DNA of 64,000 bases from Octopus sinensis (Eukaryota), in contig NC_043003.1 of the NCBI RefSeq assembly GCF_006345805.1, forward strand, positions 69,192,001 to 69,256,000, given 5' to 3'. The notes below the pieces were generated by a model. It was not told the origin of the DNA, made no database searches, and was given only the letters and a program-made list of their open reading frames with translations. The translations under genes and the position numbers were made by a program. Every line of letters begins with the position of its first letter. Within the stretch, counting starts at the first letter, position 1. Below are positions 1-12,484 of the stretch, in pieces.

Positions 1-227
1 TTGCGTGTATGGAAATACACACAGATTTTACTAAATCTTTTAACTTATAATTAAGTTTAATGCTTTTAATTTACTTACATATTCGTAGATGATATATTCT
101 CAGGTTTGTTTACTTACTTAATCACATTCCGAAGTCTGTTATTTTTGTTGATGTTGTTGTGGTTGTGGCTAACAAGATGTTTATCATTATATTACGTACA
201 GTAATTTTTTCAAGTTAATATTTAAAA

Positions 228-358
228 AGGAGGTCGACTTTGCTTTTCATCTTTTCGGCGTCAATAAATTAAGTATCAGTTGCGTACTGGGGTCGATCTA
301 ATCGACTGGCCCGCTCCCAAAAAATTTCGGGCCTTGTGGCTAGTGTAGAAAAGAATAT
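228..358 (+). mobile_element. Partial tRNA-derived SINE (family A, 3' part)
   Basis: GAGGTCGACTTTGC..TTTCATC..AATTAAGTA.CAGTTGCGTACTGGGGTCGATCTAATCGACTGG block, repeated at 34.5-35.1 kb and 39.6-40.0 kb. Confidence 0.75.
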
Positions 359-453
359 TTAGATAGGAGATGATAGCATAAAAAGCTATAAAGATGCATC
401 CATTACTCCCTACCACTAAATGTCCTTAGGGCCGATAGAGAGAAAGAGTATGT

Positions 454-726
454 GAGAGAGAGAGAGAGAGAGATAGGTAGATAGACAGACAGACAGGCAG
501 ACATACAGATAGAGAGAGAGAGAGAGAGAGAAAGACAGACAGACAGGCAGACAGACAGACAGACAGATATCTATATATACAGACAGACAGATAGATAGAT
601 AGACAGACAGGCAGATGGATAGACAGACAGACAGACAGATAGAAAAACAGACAGACAGACAGATATACAAAGACAGACAGACAGACAGATAGAGAGAGAG
701 AGAGACAGATAAACAAACAGGCAGGC

Positions 727-757
<31 letters not shown>

Positions 758-781
758 TAGACAGACAGACAGACAGGTAGG

Positions 782-856
<75 letters not shown>
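454..856. repeat. Compound (GA)n/(GACA)n/(GATA)n microsatellite
   Basis: Directly visible tandem tetranucleotides. Confidence 0.97.
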
Positions 857-1019
857 TCCTTTGCATTCTGACTTTTTGGGTGGCAGTAGTTACCGGTCAA
901 CGCCTGTTCATAAAATCGTTTGGCCGATGGTCACTATGTTACTATCAATGCCCAATGTCCGCTTTTGGTATTAATCCTTTCGACTATTCGACAGTCTCGG
1001 AGTCCCTAAAATCATGGTT

Positions 1020-1600
1020 TCAATCTTTTGGCACAAAACCTGCAATCTTCGGACAAGGTCAACAATTTCGGGCTGGTGGCCTTGTGCCATCCCAAAAGGA
1101 TGAACTGTAAAGTCGATCTCAGTGCAATTTGAACTCAAGACGTAAAGAATCGGAATAAATGGCGGTAAGCTTTTTCTCCGTTACACTAATGATCCTGCCG
1201 GCTGGTCACCTTTTAATAATGATTTAAAACTTCGGTACAAGTCCAGCAATTCCGAGGGGATGGGCTAAGTCGACCCCAGTATTCAACTGGTGTTTATTTC
1301 AGGGACCCCGAAGCGATGAAAGGCAAGGTCGACTTCGGAGGAATTTGAATTGAGAACGCAGTGTCGGAAGAAATTCCGCTAAGTAATTTATCCGACATGC
1401 AAACGATTCAGCCAGTTAGCTATCTTCTAATAACTATTTCAAGTTTTGGCACACCATCCCCAGTTCTTCGGAGCAGCATTATTTTATCGACCCAGGAAGG
1501 ATGAAAAGCAAAGATGACATCAGCAAGGATACGAAATCAAAAAGTAAAGCAGCAGAACACATATTACAATGCATTTTTTCTGACGCTCTAACCATTCTTC
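1020..1600 (-). mobile_element. Three degenerate family A SINE copies in tandem
   Basis: Repeated reverse-complement motif AAGGATGAA(A)..CAAAGTCGAC..GGAATTTGAACTC near 1095, 1315 and 1495. Confidence 0.65.
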
Positions 1601-1692
1601 CACCTCACGCAACCTTGGGTCCCTAAAATGAAAGGATCTTGGACAGGCGTTGCTTTTCCTTCCTTTATCTACTACATATGTGGGTATGGGTA

Positions 1693-2590
1693 ATTCTGTC
1701 TGTGAGTGTGTTTGTGGAGTTTTTAGCTAACTCTTCCTACATCGTTTTATCGATTTTGATGAAACTTGACACGTGAATAGAACTCATGTCTGGAAACTTC
1801 ATGTGCAGATTGTTGAAAAACTCGATAATAGGGCCCCTGGAAGGGATCCTTATATATATATATATAATATATTTTATTGTAAAAGCCAAGGGAAATAACC
1901 CATTCGCCCCTGGAAGGGATCCTTGTACATAGCCAAGGAAAATAGCCCATTTATTTTCCTAAATTATTTGGTATAAATCAAATTGAGTATACTTATTTCT
2001 TAGTATCTGAACTGTTAGAGTTATTTTCGCAATTTATCCAGTACAACCCTTAAACAAGTAAACAGTATTTTCCTAAACAATAGATCCACTTATTTCGGTT
2101 TGTGACTTATTCTCGAATATACCAACACTAGCACCCCTGAGGGAAATATTCTCTGGAAACGCACAAAAGCACTTTTCAGAGTTATTTACTTTGAATTGTT
2201 ATTATCTCATATCTGATTAGCCTGTTATTACGTAACATGCTTCACGATTTTAGTATACATACCTTATTAGTATTTCCTCCTCTGTTCTATATACTCTGGG
2301 AACGCATTAAAGCCCTTTTCAGGGCTACTTTATTTGAATTATTACAAACGGGTAATTAATTTCATATCATTACGTAACTGACATCACAATTTGGGTATTC
2401 ATAACTTATTGGGAATTCCTAAAAACAAGATCCTGTGTAAAAAATTTCGGTATTCTCTGTAAATGCACAAAAACCGTTTTAAGGGCTACATACTTTATTT
2501 TGTTGTTACTGGATTAGCGAAGCAATTATGAGAACGGAACCATGGGATGAGCCCCGCTTTCCCAGGAATTACTGGGTACGTCAGCTAGTT
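1693..2590 (-). mobile_element. DINE-1/HINE-like non-autonomous Helitron-family element
   Basis: Minus-strand 5' end AACTAGCTGACGTACCCAGTAATTCCTGGG (ACTAG start plus short subterminal IR); CGATTTTGATGAAACTTG near the other end; internal degenerate repeats. Confidence 0.55.
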
Positions 2591-3104
2591 ATGCAATAAA
2601 AGAAATATTACTCTCTCATAACTTGTCAACATTCGCTATTTGCCAACGCGAAACAAGAATATTTTCTTCAAATCTTGTTATTTTCTTTCATATTATCAAA
2701 ATTATGTTACTGCTTCAATTCTCTTAGAGTTTAATAACTCAAAATATTTTATTTTTAGAGAATTTTATTTAATATTTAATTTTAAAATGCACGAACTGCA
2801 ATGGATTTTGTATACATGTGTCTGTGTGTGTGTATGCATGCATGTATGTGTGTTATGGATTTGTTCTGTATGTTTATAAATATTTGTTAATTTTAATAAC
2901 CAATATAGTAAAACCAGCCTGAAGCAAGTTTATCACAAGATTTTAATACAATTCCATCAAGAAGAAGAAAATATTTCGAGATCTGAAACAGACCAATCAA
3001 GATTTTGTAGTGTTTCAGGTTGCATATTAACATTCTTTTTCAATATTAAAACTGGAAATGAACATATACACGCATGGATACAAGATGCATGCACACATAC
3101 ACAC

Positions 3105-3164
<60 letters not shown>

Positions 3165-3408
3165 CTGCTAATATCGAACAGTAAGAATGAGCGCCCAACA
3201 CCACATTGGTGGATAAATATGCTTTATTTGTGCGTTAAGAAGTCAACCAATTGTTTGATGTAAAGAGGAATCTCTTAACAATTTCCAAACCTGCTACATA
3301 TGGGAACGTTGGTGCTCAATAGATTTGCACTTTACAAAAATATAGAGTAACCCATCAGATTAATGTCAATTTTGAATTACAACTAAACATAGAAACAAGC
3401 ATGTAGGC

Positions 3409-3441
<33 letters not shown>

Positions 3442-3639
3442 GGCAGGCAGGCAGGCAGGTAGGCAGCAGGTAGGCAGGCATGTGGACGGAAGGACAGACG
3501 GGCGGACGGATGGATGGGTGGATAGATAAACACATGCACATTCACACGGGTATTGTACCGAAAGTAATGCAAAAGTCGACTTAACTGTTTTTTTAATAAC
3601 TGACATTATTGGTCAAGTAACTTTTCTTTTGTATTGGTT

Positions 3640-3815
3640 TCAAATTTTGGCACGAGGCCGGCAATTTAGGGGAGTGGGTAAGTGCTCAACTGCGACTTAT
3701 TTTATCGACCCTGAAAGGATGAAAAATAAGGTCGACTTTGGAGGAATTTGAACTCTGAACGTAAAGACCGACGAAATGCCGCTAAGCACTTTGCCTGGTG
3801 TGCTAACGATTCTGC
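3640..3815 (-). mobile_element. Family A SINE
   Basis: Reverse complement of the SINE A head and body (AAGGTCGACTTTGGAGGAATTTGAACTCTGAACGT). Confidence 0.75.
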
Positions 3816-3854
3816 CAAACCCTTCCTATTCTTCTTCATTGTCAAAAAATAACG

Positions 3855-4230
3855 GGTTCCAAGCCGAACCAAAGCATGTCATTGAATTCTTGACAAAGGA
3901 GGGGGACAGGTTTTCCGACATGAACAGAAGGCTACAGTTTGTTGTTGTTGGTGGTGTTGTTTTTACAGAGATAACACCATTGACAAGAGCAATGAATGCA
4001 GCTGAGGGAAAGGCTTAAGGAAAGGGGAAGCCAGCATTAAAGACAAATCATGCAGTGTGGGGGCCATCAGTTGCGACCATTGACATGCGTTGACAACAAA
4101 TGAAAAAATGAATTTGCGCGAGAAGAGGATTTACAGTCCCTGAGTTCGCTTTACAAGACTATGGTCATAATACGTTATAGAAGTCGGGAAACTTTGGATA
4201 TCAGAAGACGTGTGAAAAATGAGTACTGCA
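3855..4230 (+). pseudogene. Degenerate mariner transposase N-terminal fragment
   Basis: KHVIEFLTKEG..DMNRRLQ resembles the mariner N-terminal HTH (RAVIEFL.AEG...IHRRL); stops and frameshifts follow. Confidence 0.45.
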
Positions 4231-4454
4231 TCAATTGAGAACTAATTTAAAAGAGAGAATTGTGGAAGTCTCTTATGATTTGCTTCCGTTTGTCTTGAAA
4301 TGGAGAAATGAAGAAGAAGAGGAAGGGGTGTTAACACAGAGGAAGAGTTACTCGGCCAGCAATTTCAGTTATTACAAAACAAAGTTAGGTCCAGATTTGC
4401 ATTACTTCGTCTACAATCCTAGTGATTGTATATATATATATATATATATGTAGT

Positions 4455-4815
4455 TTCAGTTCATAGCTGCGCCCATGCTGATGTACGGACGTTTAGCAAC
4501 ACTGTTATTACTGAGAGCCTCCTCCAATATGTGGATACTTGGTGAATAATGGAGTTTGATGTAACTATCCTCATTTGCACCTCTTGCCGTGAGGTAGGTT
4601 CATCTGGGACTCTCGACAGGAAGAGGTCCAGCTTTGATTTAAAACGCCTATATCTACTTTGTAGGTTCCTCAGGCTCTTTGGGAGAATATTAAAAAGCTG
4701 TGGGCCCCTGAAACCCAGGCTGTTGCAGTAACTAGTCCTGAAGCGCGATGGCGTTGCTGGGATCTTTGGCACCATGTAGTGTCGTCTCGTTCTGGCATTG
4801 GTGTAGCTTTCAGTG
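4455..4815 (-). mobile_element. 3' end of CR1-group LINE (RT C-terminal tail plus 3' UTR)
   Basis: ESYTNARTRRH..VPKIP...RTSYCNSLGFRGPQLFNILPKSLRNL...FKSKLDLFLSRVPDEP, the typical CR1-group post-RT tail; ends at a (TA)n tract. Confidence 0.8.
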
Positions 4816-5070
4816 CTGTTGGTAACATATGGTGCGGAACCGATCATCTCATCGGTGTCAATGGAAATTGCTTGGTCATCATCTGTGGTTGTGGTACTGG
4901 GACCGCCGGATACATCCTCTGTGTCGCTGTGTCCTGGACTAGTCATCATCTCTAGGTGTGGCGATTGTGCTGGTGGTAATATATGGTGTGGGGCTGGTCA
5001 CTCTCTCGGTGTCCATGATAATGGTTTGTTCATCACCTGTGGCAGTGGTACTGGGGTCGTCGCTTACCTC
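4812..5070 (-). other. Two diverged 35-codon Thr/Ser/Asp-rich coding-like repeats (period 154 nt)
   Basis: EVSDDPSTTATGDEQTIIMDTERVTSPTPYITTST (5070-4966) versus DVSGGPSTTTTDDDQAISIDTDEMIGSAPYVTNST (4916-4812). Confidence 0.55.
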
Positions 5071-5071
5071 C

Positions 5072-5215
5072 GTCAACTAAATTCACTCACAAGGCATTGG
5101 CCGACCCGGAGCTAAAGAAGTCACTTCCCCCAGGATACCGCACAGTGGAACTGAACTTGAAAGCAAGTGGTTGCAAAGTGAGCTTGTTAACCACATAACC
5201 ATGCTTGCGCCTATA
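5072..5215 (-). mobile_element. Family B SINE head
   Basis: ATTCACTCACAAGGC..GGCCGACCC..GCT..AGAAG.CACTT.CCCCAGG..CCGCACAGTGGAACTGAAC matches the copies at 23.7 and 56.7 kb. Confidence 0.7.
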
Positions 5216-5619
5216 CCAACCTAACACAATGCGAAACTATGATGCGAACAACGTAATACTAGACGTGTATACTAATTATACAACTTGTCACTCGTTTTTA
5301 CGAGACGCACAGCTTAATGTAGAAGTGTCGTATTGGTGAAACCTGTCATTGACTCAGTTAAAGTAAGTATTTATTGTTAATCAATAAAACCCGAGGAATA
5401 TGTAAAAATATTATATTTTGATTTCTTTATTTTCGTTGACATATTTTAATGAAACAAAGTTTCAAATTATAAAATTTAATTTCAGACATCGTCTCAAAGG
5501 AAGAAAAAACAATTTGATAAGTACGGTTGGGCAGAATTTTAAAGCTACATAAGTAGATTGGAACGAATAAAGTAGATGTGTGCAGAGAAGGCGATGATAT
5601 ATAGCATATATATTGAACA

Positions 5620-5919
5620 AAATAGATATGCACGTAAATGTGTGTGTGTGCTTAAATATTTGAAAATGTACAGTTTTATATATACATATGAGTGGATATG
5701 TGCGTGTGTCTATGTACATATACGTGTGTGGCTGCAAATGCATACTTCCATTTATATTTATGCATATATATGTGTGTGTGTATTTATGAAACAATATTGT
5801 GATGTGTGTGAATATATGTGTGTATAAACACATATATATATGCATACATACATACATACATACATACATACATACATACATACATACATACATACGTACA
5901 TGCATGCATACATACATAT

Positions 5920-5960
<41 letters not shown>

Positions 5961-6072
5961 TACATACATACTATAGTAATGTGGTAGTAAGGGAGAAAAG
6001 TATTGCAAATATGTTGCACTATTTTCTCTTCTCTTGCCTTCGCGGTTGTATATATATATTTATATTTACATC

Positions 6073-6104
<32 letters not shown>

Positions 6105-6729
6105 TAATAGATAGATAGATATAGATATATAGATATATAGATATATAGATATATCGATATATATACATATATCGATATATATATACACATGCATACACTC
6201 ATATATAGAAAAATATTATATACGAATATAAATGTAGTTATATATATATGCATATATATATATATACATGCATACATACATATATATGTATATATGTGTG
6301 TGTTTATATATATATATATATATATGTGTGTGTGGTGTGTGTGTGTGTGTGTGTGTGTGTTGTGTATGTATGTATTTATATATATTCATGTCTGCAGATA
6401 TTTATAAGTATATATAGGTATGTTACGCATGGATATCATAATATATATATATATATATACCTCGGTGTGTGTATGTGGGTAGTTGTATGTGTGTTTGTGT
6501 GTGTGTCTAAATGTATAAATGAATATTATATATGGATAGAAATCGATATATAGATATCTGAATTATAACTGACATATTACATGTTTTCCTGTTTCATGTT
6601 TCTGTATATATTCATGAATCATATTTTCTAACCCTTCTCCCTCCTTCAATATATATACATGTGTGTACGCTGTCTCACTTTACGTACACCGATACCCCCA
6701 CATACAAACACATACACTCACACAAATAT

Positions 6730-6810
<81 letters not shown>
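5620..6810. repeat. Microsatellite field (TA)n/(CATA)n/(TG)n
   Basis: Directly visible. Confidence 0.95.
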
Positions 6811-6811
<1 letters not shown>

Positions 6812-7619
6812 CATATACATATATGTAATCTTTTGTCTGTGCGGTCAATATTTGTATATATTTGTCTTATTTGTTGGACAGTAGAATATACATATTAATA
6901 TATATAAATGTTATAGGTAAAGAAAATACAAAAAAATACACTATATCTGGGTTACGTCAATAATAATAATAGACAAAAAAGCAACAAAGAATTAGTTCAC
7001 TCTCTACTTTGGCAAGATTATTTGGCTGCTTCTATCGCTAATGTTTGTAGTTCTGCCTTGTTCAAAGTAGCTATTTTATGTTGCAAAGTTAACCCTATAA
7101 TGATATTGTGACATAGCAACGCTACTAGATATTTCTGGTGCCACAAGCCGTCACAAACCGCTAGTACTGTCCTATTTCGTCCTATTCACTGTTGAGTTTG
7201 TTGATCTGTGTTCATACTTGCTATGGATTCTATCCGACATTTTCTTCCATTTTTTATATTGGCTTTTACCATTCTTATTTTCTGGTTCTGCCAAGATTAT
7301 TCCACTCTCTCTTTTCTTCATATTCTTTTTTTCTTTAAATTTTTGCCAAATTTTTGCCAAATTTTTGCTTTGCTATTCTGCTCTCGTCTCTTCTCAAAAT
7401 GTCCCTCAAGAATAAGAGGTGACATCGATAATTCAATTATAATATTTTGGACTATCGATTTCTGCTCCAGAAACCACGATGTCTTTTTAATATATTTATA
7501 AATACATTTATTCGAACACCGTGTTGAACTATGAATATTGCTTCCATCATTAATCGTCTATATCTGTATGGAATTCTCCTGAGTGTAGACATGTTATTTA
7601 CTCTTCACGCTAATCGGAT

Positions 7620-10600
7620 TGGCACTGCTTAGTCTAGAGGTAGCAGCACACGCTAACGGCACTGCATTCAAGGGAGGGAACTATGAAGGTCTAGAAAATT
7701 GAATGATCATCTTGGAACTTTTACAACTTCAGACAAACTGTAAGGAATTCGTATAAAAATTTTAGAAACAAAAATACTTTATTAATATAAAATTTCGCGA
7801 CTGGATTTTACTGATTTTCAATATGGCGATTGTTGTACTAATATAACATAGAGAGAAATGAAACGACCTTTTAAACGAACATGATTATTCATTCGAACAG
7901 CGAAAGAAATGCAAACAACTTTGGATGCAAGCTGTGCTGCAGTACTTTTGCAACCGAGAGAGACTTGAAGATACATCAGGGAAAGACTTGTGAGAAGAGG
8001 ACAGAGCAGTGTGGATCGTCAGATCGTAAAACACGTGGCAAATCATCCCCGGACTCAAACCACAGCGGATCGATAAATGCTACAGCAGAGAACTCTTCAC
8101 GTGAAGAAACTACAAGTCATGAAACTGGTGCATCGGATAATACTCAGAGGAAACCGAGGGTTTTGTGGCCTGCTGCTAATGAGAAAGTAAAATATAAAGA
8201 GTTTGAAAACAAGGTTTGTCGGGCTCTTTATAAAATGACAGGCTCTACAGTGGAGAAACTGGGAAAATTATCAAGCTCAATATACGATATAGGAGAGATT
8301 TATTGGAATAAAAGAGAATATCCGACTAGAGAAAGGAAAGTGTGGACCAAGCAGGAGGATCAGAAAAATGCAGCAGTTGAGGAAGGAAAAGTCCGACTTA
8401 CGAAAGCGATGGAGATGTGCTGCACTAGATGAGAAACCTGGCCTTGCGTTGCTGTATAACGATTTGAAGAGGAAATGTCGTTATGTGCAACGACATATCC
8501 GCCGATATGAGCGTCGAAAAGAAAGTAAAAGGACTCGGGGGGCAGTTTCTGAAGGACCCGTACGGGTTTACTAAGAAGCTGTTCACTGAGCCGAAGAGTG
8601 GTACTTTATCGTGCACTAAAGAAGAATTGGATGCTCATATCAAGGAAACCTACAGCGATCCGCACCGTAATCAGCCGCTGGCACCTCTACATGGGCTAAA
8701 TCATCTCTCAAGACCTGATATCGAATTCCATATTGGGGACATCAGGGAGAGAGAGGTGAATGACTTAGTAAGAAAAGCTAGAGCAAAGAGTGCCCCAGGA
8801 GGTGATGGCGTCTCATATAAAGTCTACAAATACTGCAATCGTCTGCGAAAGAAGCTCTTCGTCCTAATCCGACAACTGTGGCGCGAGGAGACTATAGTAG
8901 AGGATTGGTGTAAGGCAGAAGGTATATACCTGCCGAAAGAGGCCAATGCAAAGACCATAAAACAGTTTAGGCCGATATCCTTATTGAATGTGGAAGGCAA
9001 GATCTTTATGGGAATTCTGTCGAGGAGAACAGTGACATATTTACAGAGTAACGGATATGTTGATGAATCTGTTCAAAAGCCGGAATCCCCGGGATCCCTG
9101 GATGCGTTGAACACTGTTTTTCGATTTGGAAAGCGATCCAGGATGCCAAACAGAACAAGAAAAGTCTGAACGTGGTATGGCTCGACCTAGCTAACGCGTA
9201 TGGTTCAGTGCCACACAAATTACTAATAACAGCCATGGACCACTTCCACATTCCTGACAAAGTGATCAAAATAATGAGGATGTACTATGAAAGTTTCGAA
9301 ATGAGGTTTACAACTGGAAATTTTACAACAAATTGGCACCGATTGGAGGTTGGCATTGCTGCTGGCTGTACAATATCTGTCACGTGGTTTATCTTAGTCA
9401 TGGAGTTGATTTTGAAAGGTGTAGATTTTTCGGAACAAATCGCCCATGTACAATCGCCTAAGAAAGCCTTCATGGATGACGTGACACTTCTAGCTACAGA
9501 TAAACAAATCATGCAGAATGCCCTTTTGAGATTAGATGAACTTGTAAGGTGGTCAAGGATGCGATTTAGAGCAAAAAAGTCGCGTAGTCTGACATTTGTT
9601 AAGGGAGTGCAGAAAGAATTTAAATTTCGAATATCTGAAGAAAGCATTCCAACAGTCAAGGAAGAGCCCGTCAAGAGCTTGGGACGAGTATACGCTGGAA
9701 CATTGTCAGATAGAAGTCGTGGGATTGAAATTATGAAACAGGCCGAGGCTGGGTTATCAGCGATTGATATTTCGAAGTTACCAGGTAAATATAAAATTTG
9801 GTGCTTGCAGTTCGGCTTGTACCCGCGACTTGCGTGGCCACTTTTAATATACGAAGTAGCATTGTCACGAGTTGAAAAGATTGAACAAAAATGTAATGTG
9901 TTCATTAGAAAGTGGCTAGGTCTACCTCGTATGTTGAACAGCTCAGCTCTTTATCGTAAAAGAGGTTCGTTGCAGTTACCAATAGCAACAATAGTCGAAA
10001 TATATAAGTTGGGGAAGATACGGACGGTCATGATGCTGAGAGAATCGAAGGATATGGAAATCAGGCGTAACCCACCAGAGGTGAAAACAGCCAGGAAGTG
10101 GAAAGCAGAAGCAGAAACTGACAACATCTTGTCTTCTCTTACACACAGAGATATGGTGGGAGCAACGCAGAACCATCGGAAAGGATTTGGTTTTGGCGCA
10201 GATCAGTTCAGACCGTTTGCAAGCATGATGCCGTGTGAACGCAGATCTGTTGTTAGCAACGTCAAAACAAGAGAAGCAGAGAGAAGAGAGCTTCATTTGA
10301 TCCGATGTGTTCATCAAGGTCAGATGACGAGATGGGAAGAACATGTTGTTGAGAGGAAGATAAGTTGGGATGAGATGTGGAAGTGGACAACATCTCGGCT
10401 GAGTTTCCTGATTCGTTCATCTTATGATGTTTTGCCATCACCTACGAATCTAGTAAGATGGAACGTCTTAGAGAATGACATCTGCAAATGTGGAAAAGTC
10501 GGTACACTAAAAAATTTTCTTTCCAACTGTTAGGCCTAACTCATCGTAAAGTCAATACCACCATGACTGATATCCAATCTACAGTGGAGAAGGCTAGCCA

Positions 10601-10810
10601 CTGGATTTGGTTAAAAAGAGACGATGAGCGATGGCTAGAAGTATATTGAGTTCTTCATAACCAGCTGATCTAGCAAGCGGGGCCTCATATCAGTGAGGGA
10701 GGCCGGTGCGCATTGACCCCATACACTTGCTAGCTTCCGATATACGGGGCTTTTAACTGGTAGCACTTGCATGTGCAAGTTGTTTGCAAGATATCTAAGA
10801 TATTGCGAAT
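7620..10810 (+). mobile_element. Near-full-length Hero-like (R2-group, RLE-type) non-LTR retrotransposon with internal endonuclease deletion
   Basis: N-terminal zinc-finger-like CKLCCSTFATERDLKIHQGKTC; RVLWPAANEK; RT motifs SAPGGDGV, FRPISLLNVEGK, WLDLANAYGSVPH, GCTISVTWF, AFMDDV; LSFLIRSSYDVLPSPTNL; C-terminal EKASHWIWLKR; short AAGATAT x2 tail. The 5' boundary is approximate. Confidence 0.85.
7881..10650 (+). pseudogene. Disrupted ORF of the Hero-like element (reverse transcriptase, zinc knuckle)
   Basis: Frameshifts at about 8290, 8555 and 9078 (after the last shift the frame reads GIPGIPGCVEH..SIWKAIQDAKQNKKSLNVVWLDL). After CKCGKVGTLKNFLSNC the sequence jumps to LGLTHRKVNTT..SHWIWLKRDDERWLEVY*. 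Confidence 0.85.
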
Positions 10811-11720
10811 ATTTAAAATAAATAACGATGAAAATATGAGAGGAGTAAAGATTAATATTGTTATTAAATAAAATAAAATATATCATTGATGATGGCTTAT
10901 ATAGCGCGCTTAAATTCCACAAAGCCATTCAAGCAAATCAACTCATAGTTTATAAATAAAAGATTTGCATCAAACTTCAGTCAAATTTGCATCAAACTTT
11001 AAAATGATCTGATTTTAAGAAGGGCAGCGAATGTCAGGCGAAAGAAGTGTTAATTTTGCTTCTTTTTTTTTTTACTTTTTCAAAGAAATTGTTGCGAAAA
11101 TGAGGTGCGCTTTATAAGCTCGAACATCTTATAGGCTGTCAAACACAATAGTTTTAAATAACCATTTATGTAGCATACTTAATATATACACGCACTTTTG
11201 ATAGGCCAATTACTGTTGTATTTGCCCCGTAATAACATTTCTTATGAATTTACTGAGTTATAAGTGCCATAAATATCAGAATGGAACATTGTGTATGCAT
11301 TAAATAAGATACATAGGTTGCTATTTTAAATTAATACTTCCTCGGTTGCGTAGACGGTAGTTTCAAGCTAATATTTACATCTACATTCTGAGTTCAAATC
11401 CTGCTGAAGTCAGCTTTGCCTGTCATTATTCTGAAACCAATAAAATATCTATAACATACTAGTGGAAGATTTAATTCACTAATATCCTCCACCAAAATGA
11501 ATACTTATTTATCAAAATTAGAGATCAATAGTTACATCTATTTTTCATGGATTAGTCATGTACGGAAGGTCAGTGCCCACCATTTTTTCCAGAACCTCGA
11601 GTTTGGTGGGGAAAATAGGGGGGGGGGTCATCTTTAGATTGGAGATCTGATTCTAACGCTAAAAACCAGAGAAGCCTCCGATAAAGACACGTAAGTGGGA
11701 AGTAATGACATTAAACCAGT

Positions 11721-11890
11721 GAGAACAAAAGCAACCTCTCCATCCGAGATCAAAAACAATCTCTCCATCCGAGAACGAAAACAACCTCTCCAACCGAGAG
11801 CAAAAACAACTTCTCTATCCGAGAACAAAAACAATCTCTCCATCCGAGAACAAAAACAACTTCTCTATCCTAGAACAAAAACAACCTCCC
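11721..11890. repeat. Minisatellite, ~25-bp unit x6-7
   Basis: Head-to-tail AAAAACAAYCTCTCCATCCGAGAAC units without spacers. Confidence 0.85.
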
Positions 11891-12484
11891 CAGCTGGCTT
11901 TCATAGGACCGTCAACCAGATTTCACTCGAAAGTCTTTGACCGACCCAAAATGTAAAAGATACTTGCCCGAGGTGCCATGCAGTGAAATTAAACTGAATA
12001 CCACTTATTTGGGAAGCGAACTTAACTTCTTCACAACATCACCTAGGCCCCATATCAGGTTTTGGGCTTTATATCTTAAATCGCCATTGGATGTGTACGT
12101 AGTACCGGACATGATATCAATAAGGGACCTTTGATATTTCTGTTGATGGTCAATCTTGATCCAAATGACCTATGATCAACAGTATCCAAATGAGGATCCG
12201 GTGCCTTCCGTTTTAAGGACAGCTTGTACCCTGGACTACATTATTTAATTAAATATGGCAGAATATAGTTAAAGAAGATTTAGCAGCTATTATTCTTTCC
12301 GCATGTCGAGTGACCACTTAGCTATTCACTTCGCTGTCTCGGAAGTGAGAAAGTTTTTATTCATTATATTCAACCATCAATATTTTCCTCTAAAATGGAA
12401 TTTTCCAGTCAATATATACTGTGATACTTCCCACTAAAATACACACGTTCAATAAAGTAAGTCTAGCCCAATGTCCAGTCCTTG

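Noticed and set aside
416-900. ORFs such as [36 protein letters not shown] here and throughout the window
   Set aside because: They are translations of di-, tri- and tetranucleotide microsatellites that lack stop codons; no coding evidence.
2968-3006. Possible degenerate hammerhead on the minus strand (AAAAT-CTTGATT-GGTCTG..CAGATC-TC-GAAA-TATTTT)
   Set aside because: The CUGAUGA core is too altered to support from a single copy.
6900-7600. Possible Penelope-like remnant on the minus strand (YRRLMMEAIFI)
   Set aside because: A single short motif, and the adjacent frames are unrecognisable; insufficient support.
7615-7700. HDV-like ribozyme at the Hero-like 5' end
   Set aside because: Expected from R2-group precedent, but I could not fit the P1/P2/P3 nested pseudoknot.
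11721-11890. CRISPR-like array (also 47111-47205 and 61537-61658)
   Set aside because: Units are adjacent without unique spacers or number only two; eukaryotic context; no cas genes.
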